Assembly: GCA_016865865.1 (NCBI GenBank) | Contig: VGOC01000004.1 | Coordinates: 17,388 to 81,387, forward strand | Direction of reading: 5' to 3' | DNA from: Chloroflexota bacterium | Lineage (GTDB): Bacteria > Chloroflexota > Anaerolineae > Anaerolineales > UBA11858 | DNA: 64,000 nucleotides | Part shown: positions 43,650 through 53,637 of the stretch, piece by piece | Numbering within the stretch: the first letter of the stretch is position 1 | Layout of the letters: every line of letters begins with the position of its first letter | Made by a program: the position numbers and the translations under genes | The notes under the pieces: generated by a model | The model's database searches: none | What the model saw: the letters and a program-made list of their open reading frames with translations, nothing else | Told to the model about the DNA's origin: nothing

Positions 43650-44648
43650 TTATTCAGGTTCTGAATATCCATTGGGATGCGAACGATGCCACTCCCAGGC
43701 GCTGGCGATGATATCAACTAAATCTGGGATTTGCGGCTGCCAGCCCAATCCCTGGCAGATTCGTTCCGAGGAGGCTACCAGGCGGGGGGCATCGCCAGGG
43801 CGGCGAGGCATCTCTTCGGCGGGGATGGGATGCCCGGTCACTTCCCGGGCAGTTTCAATCACTTCACGAACCGAATAACCCGCGCCGTTCCCTATATTGT
43901 AAACCAGCTTATCGCTCTTCCTGAGAGCCTCCAAAGCCAATAGATGCGCCGAGATCAAATCCGTGATGTGAATATAATCGCGGATGCAAGTGCCATCCGG
44001 TGTGGGATAATCCGCGCCGTAAATGTAGACCTGGTCGCGCTGCCCCAGCGCAGCCTGCAGAGTCAGCGGGATGAGATGGGATTCGGGCTGATGGGCTTCG
44101 CCGCGATGGGGAAAGCCTCCGGCGGCGTTGAAGTAACGCAAGGAGGCATAATGTAATCCATGGATTTCCCGGTACCAATCCAGAGCCTGCTCGATCATCA
44201 GCTTGGTTTGGCCGTACACATTGGTGGGGCCAAGCGGCGACTCCTCGCTGAGCGGCTCGTCGCTGGATTGATAAACTGCGGCGGTGGAGGAAAGCACAAA
44301 GCGTTTCACTCCGGCTTTTACGGCCAGCTCGATCAAATCCAATGAGATGCTCAGGTTATTATAGAAATACTTGCCGGGATTCTGCATACTTTCTCCGGCC
44401 TCGATGAAAGCCGCGAAGTGCATCACGGCATCGTAGGCATCCTGTTCGAGAACTGCTTCGACACAGGCGATGTCGGCCAGATCGTTGTGGATGAACTCAA
44501 CGCCTTCGGGAATGGCAGCGCGATAACCCGTGGCCAGGGAGTCGTACACAGTGACGGAATGTCCGTTAAGAAGCAAGGTTTCGGCGGCTGCGGAGCCGAT
44601 GTAGCCTGCGCCGCCGGTGAGGAAGATGTTCATAGGTTCACTGCTCAC
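43650..44648 (-). CDS. galE: UDP-glucose 4-epimerase
   Basis: GGAGYIGS Rossmann motif and YGQTK catalytic motif. GalE-like throughout. Confidence 0.9.
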   Translation of the reverse strand: MSSEPMNIFLTGGAGYIGSAAAETLLLNGHSVTVYDSLATGYRAAIPEGVEFIHNDLADIACVEAVLEQDAYDAVMHFAAFIEAGESMQNPGKYFYNNLSISLDLIELAVKAGVKRFVLSSTAAVYQSSDEPLSEESPLGPTNVYGQTKLMIEQALDWYREIHGLHYASLRYFNAAGGFPHRGEAHQPESHLIPLTLQAALGQRDQVYIYGADYPTPDGTCIRDYIHITDLISAHLLALEALRKSDKLVYNIGNGAGYSVREVIETAREVTGHPIPAEEMPRRPGDAPRLVASSERICQGLGWQPQIPDLVDIIASAWEWHRSHPNGYSEPE

Positions 44649-44651
44649 TGA

Positions 44652-45050
44652 CTACTGCTTACTGAGCACACGCTTCATAAAGCGGTCTTTCTCGACCACG
44701 GAGCGCCAATGGCTGCCCTCGCCGATCTTTTCCTGCTCGTCCCATGCTTCGATGGACAAGTGGACGCGGTTCTTTACAACCTCCAACACCTCGGCGCGTA
44801 TTCTGACGCGTGCCTTGACCGGCGTGGCAGCCAGGTGCTCGACATCCACATGGACGCCCACGCTCATATAGCCATCGGGTAAATGCCCGGCGACCAGACG
44901 GTTCGCGACGCGCTCCATAAAAGAGATCATCCAGGGGGTGCCCAAGACACGCTCATCGCCGCTGCCGATGTGGTAGGCTGTGTGCTGATCTTCCACGGTG
45001 AAGGTTTCCTCGCGGATCAGACCGGGGGAAACGTGTGCTGATAAATCCAT
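44652..45050 (-). CDS. Hotdog-fold thioesterase (fluoroacetyl-CoA thioesterase-like family)
   Basis: 132 aa from the ATG at 45050. The pattern TFTVEDQHTA...VLGTPWMISFME...VGVHVDVEHLAATPVG-like fits this family. Confidence 0.6.
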   Translation of the reverse strand: MDLSAHVSPGLIREETFTVEDQHTAYHIGSGDERVLGTPWMISFMERVANRLVAGHLPDGYMSVGVHVDVEHLAATPVKARVRIRAEVLEVVKNRVHLSIEAWDEQEKIGEGSHWRSVVEKDRFMKRVLSKQ

Positions 45051-45061
45051 TTTGTTCTCCG

Positions 45062-46081
45062 TTATGCTGCTGCCCACCAATCCACGCCTTCGCGCAAGCC
45101 GAAAGCATTGAGTCGTTCCCGGATTATCGAGCGGGCGCCGCGAGCGCCGACAGCAGCCAGCAAAACTGGGTTTCGATAACGCCCCCACCAATCGCACAGA
45201 TCTTCGGGGGGGATGACCGGTTTCCCGCGGCGTGTCTTGCCGATCTTCTTGGGGTCAATATCTACAAAGGATACCACGGGGACGCCTTCCTCGCGCATGA
45301 GCAGCTTGCCCAACCGCCGCCCCATCATGCCTGCGCCCCAGATGATGACGGCATCCCGGTCTGCCAGGGGGCCAAGCCGCAGGTAGTGGGCTTTGGCGCG
45401 CAGGAAGTTTTCCAACGAATAGCGGCGATCCGTGCGGGTGAGGCGTTCAGGATGCTCACGCCATTCTAACAAAACCTGGGGAATTTTGGCAAACCGTGCT
45501 CCAGCCAGGTACATGCGCAGATACAGATCATAATCTTCAGGCCAGCCGTGGTCCTGATAACCGCCCACGCGCTCCAACCACTCTGCCCGGAAGGTCACAC
45601 TGGGATTGGGCAGCGGGCTTTCGACAAACATCTCCCGCCGGATATCTTCGTCGCTGATCAGCGAGTTGAGCCACTCGATGTAGATACGAAATCCCTCCCG
45701 GATATGCTCGTCGGGGAAGGTCGTCACCAGGCAGCTCACCGCGGCAATCTCAGGGTGTTCGTCGAGGTAGGTGACCTGCTTCGCGAGTCGCTCAGGGTGA
45801 GCGCGGTCATCGGCATCCATGCGGGCGATGTAACGCGCCCGGCATTCTCGCAGCCCTGTGGCCGAGGCTTCGATCACCCCGCCATGGGGACGGGAATAAA
45901 CTCGAAAGCGGCAATCACCCGCGGCCCAGTCCCGCAGCATCCTTAACGTAGAATCTTGCGAGCCATCATCAACGACGATCGCCTCGAAGTCGGCGAGCGT
46001 CTGCCTGGAAAGGGAGTCCAAAGTCTCCTCTACAGTGTCGGCGGCGTTATAGCAAGGCAGCAGCACAGATACAACAGGCAT
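45062..46081 (-). CDS. Family 2 glycosyltransferase with a C-terminal Rossmann-like extension
   Basis: VSVLLPCYNA...DFEAIVVDDGSQD is the GT-A motif. The C-terminal region contains VIIWGAGMMGRRLG. The ATG at 46081 abuts the sbcD stop. Confidence 0.8.
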   Translation of the reverse strand: MPVVSVLLPCYNAADTVEETLDSLSRQTLADFEAIVVDDGSQDSTLRMLRDWAAGDCRFRVYSRPHGGVIEASATGLRECRARYIARMDADDRAHPERLAKQVTYLDEHPEIAAVSCLVTTFPDEHIREGFRIYIEWLNSLISDEDIRREMFVESPLPNPSVTFRAEWLERVGGYQDHGWPEDYDLYLRMYLAGARFAKIPQVLLEWREHPERLTRTDRRYSLENFLRAKAHYLRLGPLADRDAVIIWGAGMMGRRLGKLLMREEGVPVVSFVDIDPKKIGKTRRGKPVIPPEDLCDWWGRYRNPVLLAAVGARGARSIIRERLNAFGLREGVDWWAAA

Positions 46082-46082
46082 G

Positions 46083-47312
46083 TCAGGCCTCGTCTCCCTG
46101 GATGATCTCTCCAGCCAGTTCTTGCAATACTTTGATTGCCTCGCCATCCACATGATTGGCTTGCCAGTATAGGTCGAGTAGTTCCAACGGCGAAAGCGCG
46201 CCAATAGCCTGATCTTCGGACAGGCGGATGCGATTCTCTTGCTGCGGGCGTTTGAGCAGGTGGAACTCAAAAGCCTCGGCAGCGTGCTCCCGCAGCGCGG
46301 CCTCGTCAATCATCGCTTCCCACTCTCGCGGATATTCTATTACCAGGCGGACGATGGCGTCAGCCAGGTCCTCTCGAGGGGGCAACCCGGCGCACAATTG
46401 ATCGTTGATCCCTTCCTGAGAGGTGAGGCGGATGAACCGGTCTACGAAGGGGCGGATACCGGTGAGTTGGTGCCAGACTACTTCCGAGACGCCCTTCTTA
46501 ACCTCTGCGATGACGAAGAACTTATCATCCTCGGCCTCGCCAAAATCGACGCGCTCGATGGAGCCAGGATAAACCACAGGGGGCTGTGCGCCTTCGTTCA
46601 GATTTTGGGATTTGTGGATATGCCCGAGGGCCACGTAATCCAGGCGCGGGTCTTTGACCAGGGAACCTGGCAGCACCAGGTCATTCCCCAGCATCACCGT
46701 GCGCTCGCCGCCGTATTTGGCTCCCTGCACCGAAGCATGGGCAGTCAACAGAATGGGAAAGTCAGGAACAGCTTCATCGAGCCAGTGATGCACTTTCTCG
46801 GTCAGATGTTCTCCGAGTTCCTTGTAAATCTGAGACAGGTCACGCCCTCTCGTGTTGAGATATGTCGGTAACCCTGAACGATGAACCCAGGGGAGCGCCA
46901 AAACCTGCAAAGGCAGCCCTTCGAGATCATCAGGGGTCAGAAAACAAGGGCTATCCAACACTCGAACAAGGGGCACCTGCAAAGTAGAATATTCGCTCAT
47001 GGCGTGGGCGCGATGCATTGCTGGAGAGAGGTCATGATTGCCGGTTAACAGCAAGGTTGGAATACCGGCCCGGGAGAGCCGCATCATGCGTTTCCCCCAT
47101 TCGCGTTGATAGGTTGGAGCCGGGTTGCGGTCTTTGTAGGCATCCCCGGCGAAGAGCACCAGGTCAACCTGCTCCTCGACGGCCGCATCAACGATCGTGT
47201 CGAGGGAGTTCAAAAAGTCAATCACCCGCAAGGGCAGGCCGCTCTGAGGGTCATGGCGGCCATAGGCCGCTATATCTATGTGGGCGTCAGCAAAATGGAG
47301 GATCTTCACCAT
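46083..47312 (-). CDS. sbcD: Mre11/SbcD-family metallophosphoesterase nuclease
   Basis: Carries ILHFADAH, FAGDAYKD and LLTGNHD. No sbcC is adjacent. Confidence 0.8.
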   Translation of the reverse strand: MVKILHFADAHIDIAAYGRHDPQSGLPLRVIDFLNSLDTIVDAAVEEQVDLVLFAGDAYKDRNPAPTYQREWGKRMMRLSRAGIPTLLLTGNHDLSPAMHRAHAMSEYSTLQVPLVRVLDSPCFLTPDDLEGLPLQVLALPWVHRSGLPTYLNTRGRDLSQIYKELGEHLTEKVHHWLDEAVPDFPILLTAHASVQGAKYGGERTVMLGNDLVLPGSLVKDPRLDYVALGHIHKSQNLNEGAQPPVVYPGSIERVDFGEAEDDKFFVIAEVKKGVSEVVWHQLTGIRPFVDRFIRLTSQEGINDQLCAGLPPREDLADAIVRLVIEYPREWEAMIDEAALREHAAEAFEFHLLKRPQQENRIRLSEDQAIGALSPLELLDLYWQANHVDGEAIKVLQELAGEIIQGDEA

Positions 47313-47429
47313 AACAGTAAACCTGCAACATTCTACCATGCAGGAGGAGATGTACGAAAAAAAGCACGGGCGATAACCCGTGCCAGGAATATGTTGAAAG
47401 TCAACCCACGGTTGACTGTGCTAAACCCC

Positions 47430-47636
47430 TCAGAGACCTCCGGGACTACAAGAAGCGGCTGTGCTCGATGAAAATGAATTCCGCCCCGAAATGTTAGACG
47501 CGAATGTGGAAAGTATCTTTCTCACTCTTTCACTCTGACAATCAGGGCAGATCACCTCGCCAATGGCGCTGGCGCTGCGTACTAACTCCTCGAAGCTTTG
47601 ATCGCATTCTTCACACACAAATTCGAAAATCGGCAT
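47430..47636 (-). CDS. FmdB-family zinc-ribbon protein
   Basis: MPIFEFVCEECDQSFE...CPDCQS matches the CxxC_CxxC_SSSS pattern. Confidence 0.75.
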   Translation of the reverse strand: MPIFEFVCEECDQSFEELVRSASAIGEVICPDCQSERVRKILSTFASNISGRNSFSSSTAASCSPGGL

Positions 47637-47656
47637 ACCTTCCTCCAAAAGTGATG

Positions 47657-47768
47657 GTAACTACTCAGCCATACGGAGAAATTCCCGAAAAAAGGGTGTG
47701 AGCAGGGGGCGTAGCCCCCTGCTCACACCCTTTTTTCGGGTAAATCCGTTCGATGGCTGAGCTGTTAC
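47657..47768. mobile_element. MITE-like nested palindrome, family A, copy A4 (112 bp, inverted relative to A2/A3)
   Basis: GTAACTACTCAGCC...core...GGCTGAGCTGTTAC. No clean 8 bp flanking duplication is visible for this copy. Confidence 0.65.
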
Positions 47769-47824
47769 ATGGCAACCATCCTGGTTAGATGCTGAATCCA
47801 GAAAATGGTTTCAATTCTATTCGG

Positions 47825-49117
47825 TTACCCACTCCCCCGGATGCGTTCTAAGTGAAACTTGCCAAGATCGAAGTGACCGTTGAGTTTTACGGCTTCAGAC
47901 AAATCAGCAATCGCCCCTGCGATGTCGCCCAGGGCTTCTTTGGCCAGGGCGCGCCAGAACCAGGACTCCTCGATAGCCGGTTCGCTGGCCGCCTGGATGG
48001 TTGTGGTGGCCAGATTGAGCACATCATAGTAGCGTCCTGTGTTGAAGTAGGCCTCATAAGGGCCAATCTGGTACCAAAGGATTCGCCAGGGAAGATTGAT
48101 TTCTTCGGGATCGAGGCTGGCATACAAAGCAAAAAACTCATCATACGCCGCGGCTGCCCCAGCATAATCTTCGAGATAAAGCAGATTGGTGCCCCAGTTG
48201 AACCAGGCGAAAGCCTTTTCTCGTCCCTCGAGGGTATAGATCTCCTCGGCTGCTTTCTGGGCTGCATATTGATAATTATAGGTTTCATCGGATTGCGGGC
48301 CGAGGATAGACATCACTTCCTCTTCACGCACAGGGTAATACACCACGATGTAGGTGTAGTTGAAATGCCGCCAGTATTTCTCCATATCCTCGTAGCTGAC
48401 AGGAAGATTTTTAGCGATGAATGAATCTTGTGCGATGAAATACTGGTGCGTGTCGTCGTAGCCGTTGATGACCTCATAATGCCCCATCCAGCCCTCGAAA
48501 CCGGCGCCCTCGAAGCCTTTCTCGACCAACACCGGGAAGCCCGCGGCGATGAAACGTTTCATCAAATCCAGATCGCCGCCCACGCGCCACAGGGCATCGA
48601 ACTCGGTTTCTTCGTTGACGAAGGCCGCCATCTCCGAAGGCATGACGTTCTTATCGCGCTGATTGGGCTTCAGGTAGGCAGCGGTGTCGCGCTGATCGCC
48701 ATTCCATTTCCAATACGAAAGCGCCATGGCGAGATTCGCAGGGCCGCAGTTATTCCACTTTTGAAATTCATGGATGACGCCCCCGAGCTCGACTTTATCG
48801 GGGATGGGCGTCGAGGTGACTGTCGGCGTGGGGGAGGGGAAAGGGGTCGCCGTTGGTCCCAGGGCTGTGGGTGTATATGTCAGCGGGAAGAGTGTGGGAG
48901 TTGGCTGGTCTAGCGATGCCGGCGTTTGCCCCTGTCCTCCTCCAGGGATGAATAGCGCCTGCTCAGGAGGATACAGAGCGTACTTGATCTTCGCCTTCCA
49001 TTCGTCAATCCGCCAGGCCAGGCGTTCATTGATGGGAGGGGAATTGTATAGCAAAGCCGCCAGCGCTACCAACGCCGGGATCGCCAACAGCGCGATGAAC
49101 AATCTTCGTTTTTGCAT
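47825..49117 (-). CDS. Membrane-anchored C39-like peptidase domain protein with C-terminal TPR-like repeats
   Basis: TM anchor and PT linker. NNCGPANLAMALSYW fits the Peptidase_C39_2 catalytic Cys region. The C-terminus is helical-repeat. Confidence 0.55.
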   Translation of the reverse strand: MQKRRLFIALLAIPALVALAALLYNSPPINERLAWRIDEWKAKIKYALYPPEQALFIPGGGQGQTPASLDQPTPTLFPLTYTPTALGPTATPFPSPTPTVTSTPIPDKVELGGVIHEFQKWNNCGPANLAMALSYWKWNGDQRDTAAYLKPNQRDKNVMPSEMAAFVNEETEFDALWRVGGDLDLMKRFIAAGFPVLVEKGFEGAGFEGWMGHYEVINGYDDTHQYFIAQDSFIAKNLPVSYEDMEKYWRHFNYTYIVVYYPVREEEVMSILGPQSDETYNYQYAAQKAAEEIYTLEGREKAFAWFNWGTNLLYLEDYAGAAAAYDEFFALYASLDPEEINLPWRILWYQIGPYEAYFNTGRYYDVLNLATTTIQAASEPAIEESWFWRALAKEALGDIAGAIADLSEAVKLNGHFDLGKFHLERIRGSG

Positions 49118-49142
49118 AATGGGGGATTATATCGAGTTGACT

Positions 49143-49721
49143 TCAATCACCAACGATCAGCTCATCCAATGAACGCTTTGGCACGTGATGGATGCCATCA
49201 TTATCTCGCCAATATTTGATGTCGCCATCCGGCCTAAGAGGTTCGATGACCACGGTCTCTTTGGGCTTTCCTAAAGCAAGCACCAACAGAATGATCAGAT
49301 GATCGGGCAACCCCAACGCCTCAGTCAGCGCCTCACGACGCTCGACAGTCGCGATCATACATCCCCCCAGGCCTTTCTCGACCGCCCCCAACAAGATACT
49401 CTGCGCGGCGATGCCGTGGTCGCAGCCAAAGCTCTGCTTAAGATGGGTATCCCCCAGAATGATGATATATGCCGACGGCCGCTCCCCCTCCTCGGGGCCA
49501 GGCCAATCCGTCAGGTAGCCTGCCCACCCCAAATGAGGAAAGATCATCCTGTTCATTTCCGGGGTATGCGACAGGAAGAATTTCAACGGCTGCACATTGG
49601 CGGCTGAGGCCGAATGTCGAGCTAAATCCACTAACTCGATCAGCGCGGCCCGTTCTATGGTGTGATCTTGATAAAAACGGCGGTAACTGCGATTCTTCAG
49701 CACATATTCTCGGATATTCAT
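49143..49721 (-). CDS. Nitroreductase-family protein
   Basis: 192 aa. RRSYRRF near the N-terminus and SAANVQP fit the FMN nitroreductase fold pattern. Confidence 0.8.
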   Translation of the reverse strand: MNIREYVLKNRSYRRFYQDHTIERAALIELVDLARHSASAANVQPLKFFLSHTPEMNRMIFPHLGWAGYLTDWPGPEEGERPSAYIIILGDTHLKQSFGCDHGIAAQSILLGAVEKGLGGCMIATVERREALTEALGLPDHLIILLVLALGKPKETVVIEPLRPDGDIKYWRDNDGIHHVPKRSLDELIVGD

Positions 49722-50635
49722 ATTTTCTCCTCAACAGGTTCATGCCATCCTATGAGAGTTGACGACGTTGGATTGTGGGCTTCGAAATTCGCTTTGGCGC
49801 GCTCGAAATTTCCCGTGGCATAACAGTATGGGCAGCCGTAGACACAGGTGTCGTACATGCCGATATCTTTGCTCACCACACAGCCGCAAGCCGCCCGCTG
49901 GCCTGGGTCTTTTTTGTGGTTGACTTCGATGTCGAAAGTGTCTTCGATATATGTATCGTCAATGCACTTGCCCGCAAGGATGCCATAGCCCGCCAGATCG
50001 CACTCTTCGGAGCAGGAGAAGATTCCCATATCGTTCGCACGGGCGGTCTGGGCGATGGCGTTCATCAAGGCAGCGTAGCACGGGCTGAAATGGCCGTCAT
50101 GTTCGATAACGCCAACGCCTTGCTGATTGACTTGAGCGATGCGCTTGCGGATCTTGTTGTACATATCCATCACGCTGATCACCGAACGATACGTATAACC
50201 GCGCAGAGCCTCGGCAATGCGCCCGTAATTCTCCGTGTGATACTGGCTGCCGGTGAGCTTGCTGAAAACGATAGGGTCATACCGCCAGATCATCCGCTGG
50301 GGGCTAATTCGCTCTGCCAATTCTTGAAAGGTTCGAATGGCGGCCTGACGAGAGGGGCTTTTGGCATCGATCTGGCAGGGATACCCCAGCAGAGTGTACT
50401 GAAAATAATACCGGTAACCGCGCTGATCGAGTTCGTCGAGATGCGGGAAGAGCGGCCTGGGGTTGCGCGTCCAGAAGACGATCACATCCACTTCTTCGGG
50501 CAGCAGCGAGATGCGCGCCACCTGCTGACGGTGGAAGGGGTTGGGCGTCGTGCAATACCCTGCCCGGATGCGGTTGATGAACCATTCGGCGTAGAATGCG
50601 GGAATATCCGTTCGGCGGCTGGCGCTAATGATCAT
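49718..50635 (-). CDS. DUF1848-family protein (Cys-rich C-terminus)
   Basis: MIISASRRTDIPAFYAEWF is the characteristic DUF1848 N-terminus. The C-terminal region is CGCVVSKDIGMYDTCVYGCPYCYA. It has 4 bp overlaps with both neighbours. Confidence 0.75.
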   Translation of the reverse strand: MIISASRRTDIPAFYAEWFINRIRAGYCTTPNPFHRQQVARISLLPEEVDVIVFWTRNPRPLFPHLDELDQRGYRYYFQYTLLGYPCQIDAKSPSRQAAIRTFQELAERISPQRMIWRYDPIVFSKLTGSQYHTENYGRIAEALRGYTYRSVISVMDMYNKIRKRIAQVNQQGVGVIEHDGHFSPCYAALMNAIAQTARANDMGIFSCSEECDLAGYGILAGKCIDDTYIEDTFDIEVNHKKDPGQRAACGCVVSKDIGMYDTCVYGCPYCYATGNFERAKANFEAHNPTSSTLIGWHEPVEEKI

Positions 50636-52992
50636 CCCTCGTCCACTGGCGGGGCGGCGGACCCGTAATCCAGAACATCTCGGGGGGCGGGGCCTTCGGC
50701 GGCGGTGCTGATGATACCATCTCGCTCCATGCTATCAATCAAGCGGGCGGCGCGGGTGTAGCCGATGCGCAGGGCGCGCTGCAACATGGAGATCGAGGCG
50801 CGCCCCTTCCGCCTGACCATATCAACGGCTTCGTCGTAGAGCGGGTCGCGATCTCCTTTCGGCTTCAGATCCTCCTCGTTCCAGAATTCCATCTGCTTGA
50901 GAGGAAGGTTGCGAGGGATGCCGTCGGGATGGCCGCCTGCGGCGGTGGCCACCGAGGTGGGAGGCGCATAACCATGTTGGTCGCGCCAGTACTGCACGAT
51001 GCGAAGAATCTCGAAATCGGAGACGAAGACGCCCTGCAAGCGCACCGGCGCCGGGGCGTCGGGCGCCTGGAAGAGCATATCGCCGCGGCCGAGCAGGCGC
51101 TCCGCGCCAGGCTGATCGAGGATCACGCGGCTATCAATGCCGGAGGCGGTGGCGAAAGCGATGCGCGCTGGGAAGTTGGCTTTGATCAGGCCGGTGACGA
51201 CATCCACCGAGGGGCGCTGGGTGGAGATGACCAGGTGAATGCCTGTGGCGCGGGCAAGCTGCGCCATACGGGTGATGGTGCGTTCGGTCTCATCGGGAGC
51301 CAGCATCATCAAATCGGCCAGCTCGTCAATGATCACCACCAGATAGGGCAGCTTGCGAAACCCTTGAGTTTCTGCACGGGCGTTGTAATCGGCCAGATTG
51401 CGGGCGCCCGCATCGGCAAACTTCTCGTAGCGTTGATCCATCTCACGAGTCACCCACTGCAAGGCGCCCACCACGCGCTCTAGCTCGACCACAACCGGCG
51501 CTAATAAGTGGGGAATACCGTCATAGCCGGTCAACTCGACGCGTTTAGGGTCCACCATAATCAGGCGCAGATCGTTGGGGGTGTTGTGCATCAACAGGCA
51601 GGCGATGATCGAATTCACACACACTGACTTACCCGATCCGGTCGTCCCTGCGATGAGCAGGTGAGGCATGGCTGCCAAATCCGCGGCGATGGCGTTGCCG
51701 GAGACATCTTGTCCCAGGGCAAAGCGCAAGGGCCGCCCCTCCAAACGTCTGAAGGCTTCATTGGAAACGCCATCCCTCAAAGACACCAGGGAAACCTCCG
51801 CGTTGGGAACCTCGATGCCCACGAAACCTTTGCCAGGCACAGGCGCCTCCACACGTACGCGCGTAGCAGCCAGAGCCAACGCCAGATCGTCGGCCAGCGA
51901 GGCGATCTTATTGACGCGCACGCGTTTGCGGCCGCCGCGCGACTCGATGAAATCAGGTTCGACGCCGAACTGGGTGATGGTGGGGCCGCGATTGATCTCG
52001 ACGACTCGACCGGGCGCGCCAAAGGATTCCAGAGATTCCTCGATGATCTGGGCGCGTTGACGATCGAACTCATCATCAACCGGAACTTCCAGGCCGGCAT
52101 CCAGGGTAAACTCTATCGAAGGAAGCGCCCATTCATGGGCAGGGGTGATCTCCTCTTTCACTGCAGGAATCATGGGAGCATCTTTGGAGGTAGCCGCCTC
52201 CCCGGGGATCGCCTCACCCCGCGCGACTAGGAGCGGAGTCTCCTGTCCCAAATGTTGGGCGAGCCTTTGGTTTTGCGGCCATCCCCTTCGAGGAAATCTA
52301 TCCAAGGCCGAGCGCAGCGTCGAATCGAGAGGTTTCAAACGCTGGAACAGCTCCCAAACGGTGATATCGAAGGTGAGCACCAGGGCCAGGATGAACCAGG
52401 CGAGAAGAATGACGGCCGCGCCGCCCAGGCCGAGCAGGTTTTCCAGTAGGGTGAAGAAAAGGCCGCCAATGGAACCGCCTCCCGATGTTTGTGAATCCAG
52501 CAGGTAAAAGCCGCTTCGATGGATCAAGATTGCCAGGAATTGCAGCCCGGTCAGGAAACAGGCGAATAACAAGAAAATGCCCACGGCGCGCTCGAGTGAG
52601 AATCGAGGCAGACGCTCGATATTCCGCATGACCAGCCACAGCCCAAACAGGAACAGTCCAAGAGGCAGTATGTATCCTCCCCAGCCGAATAGATCAACCA
52701 GAAGGCCAAGCCAGCGCCCCATCCAGATGCCTTTGGTGGTCGAAAACATGCCGAAGAGAGTCAACAAGCCGATGATAGCCATGATCACCCCGGCGATATC
52801 GAGTTTGCGATCCAGGGAGAGGGTCTTTCTGCGCGGCGATTCTCTCGGCGTCTCTCGTTTGTTCGAGAGTTTACGGCTTATGATCCTGCGCAGGGAAGAC
52901 CTTCGACTGGAAGATCTCCGTGAGGCGGGCCTTCGCGAGGTCGTTTTACGTGTGGCGCGTTTGCGGGTGGAATGCGATTTTTTGCGGGCCAT
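50632..52992 (-). CDS. ftsK: DNA translocase FtsK/SpoIIIE
   Basis: An Arg/Ser-rich N-terminus and 4 TM helices are followed by the motor domain (Walker A GTTGSGKS) and a gamma wHTH (ISMLQRALRIGYTRAARLID). Confidence 0.95.
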   Translation of the reverse strand: MARKKSHSTRKRATRKTTSRRPASRRSSSRRSSLRRIISRKLSNKRETPRESPRRKTLSLDRKLDIAGVIMAIIGLLTLFGMFSTTKGIWMGRWLGLLVDLFGWGGYILPLGLFLFGLWLVMRNIERLPRFSLERAVGIFLLFACFLTGLQFLAILIHRSGFYLLDSQTSGGGSIGGLFFTLLENLLGLGGAAVILLAWFILALVLTFDITVWELFQRLKPLDSTLRSALDRFPRRGWPQNQRLAQHLGQETPLLVARGEAIPGEAATSKDAPMIPAVKEEITPAHEWALPSIEFTLDAGLEVPVDDEFDRQRAQIIEESLESFGAPGRVVEINRGPTITQFGVEPDFIESRGGRKRVRVNKIASLADDLALALAATRVRVEAPVPGKGFVGIEVPNAEVSLVSLRDGVSNEAFRRLEGRPLRFALGQDVSGNAIAADLAAMPHLLIAGTTGSGKSVCVNSIIACLLMHNTPNDLRLIMVDPKRVELTGYDGIPHLLAPVVVELERVVGALQWVTREMDQRYEKFADAGARNLADYNARAETQGFRKLPYLVVIIDELADLMMLAPDETERTITRMAQLARATGIHLVISTQRPSVDVVTGLIKANFPARIAFATASGIDSRVILDQPGAERLLGRGDMLFQAPDAPAPVRLQGVFVSDFEILRIVQYWRDQHGYAPPTSVATAAGGHPDGIPRNLPLKQMEFWNEEDLKPKGDRDPLYDEAVDMVRRKGRASISMLQRALRIGYTRAARLIDSMERDGIISTAAEGPAPRDVLDYGSAAPPVDEG

Positions 52993-53039
52993 GGGTCTGG
53001 AGGTTGGATATAGGAGGTTGGATGTTGATAAGCTCCCGG

Positions 53040-53048
53040 ATTATAGCA
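53040..53048 (-). promoter_or_regulatory. Extended -10 promoter element (TGCTATAAT) upstream of ftsK
   Basis: The minus strand reads TGCTATAAT about 47 nt upstream of the ATG at 52992. Confidence 0.4.
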
Positions 53049-53171
53049 CAAATGATCTGGTTCCGGATGGGTTGTCTGGTACATTTGTGCCCTATCTTGG
53101 GCAGGTTAGCTCTTCTTTTTTTGTCCCCAATGTTATACGCTCACGTCGCTCGATGGCGCGTCGGAACTCTA

Positions 53172-53474
53172 CTACGAACGCGGTTTAGCGATATGCCAGA
53201 TCACTTTTCCGATCAGGTCGTGCTTTGGGATCGGACCAAACTGGGAGCTATCCAGGCTGTGAGGATGCGCGCCAGTGACATATACCCCCTTGCCGTCCGC
53301 CTCGTTATGAGCAAACTTCTTGATCATCGTGCCATACTGTTCGTGCTGGAAGACGAGCACATCCCCCGGCTTGAGGGCATTCAAGAAAAGAGGACTCGTC
53401 GCAAGGACTACGAAATCCCCTTCTTCGAACTCAGGTGAGAGGCTGTCGCCCGTCACTCTCATGATTTTGAACAT
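53172..53474 (-). CDS. sodX: S26-family protease, likely NiSOD maturation protease SodX
   Basis: 100 aa with the minimal signal-peptidase-like core (VTGDSLSPEF...GDVLVF...MIKKF...). It lies in the same cluster as sodN. Confidence 0.7.
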   Translation of the reverse strand: MFKIMRVTGDSLSPEFEEGDFVVLATSPLFLNALKPGDVLVFQHEQYGTMIKKFAHNEADGKGVYVTGAHPHSLDSSQFGPIPKHDLIGKVIWHIAKPRS

Positions 53475-53637
53475 TTATTATCTCCTTCCCTATGCCTCCG
53501 CAACACGCCGACCATCCTTGACGCCGCTCGCAAAATGAAGCCAAACGAGGCTAACCAACTGCGCTAACACGCCGCATGCGTTCTGTCGCCAGGGGGTGTG
53601 TGTTTGCGTACGCGCCATTTGCTAATCAACTCAGCCC

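Noticed and set aside
49775-50668. 297 aa plus-strand ORF
   Set aside because: It is antisense to the DUF1848 gene, whose N-terminal signature and coupling to its neighbours are convincing.
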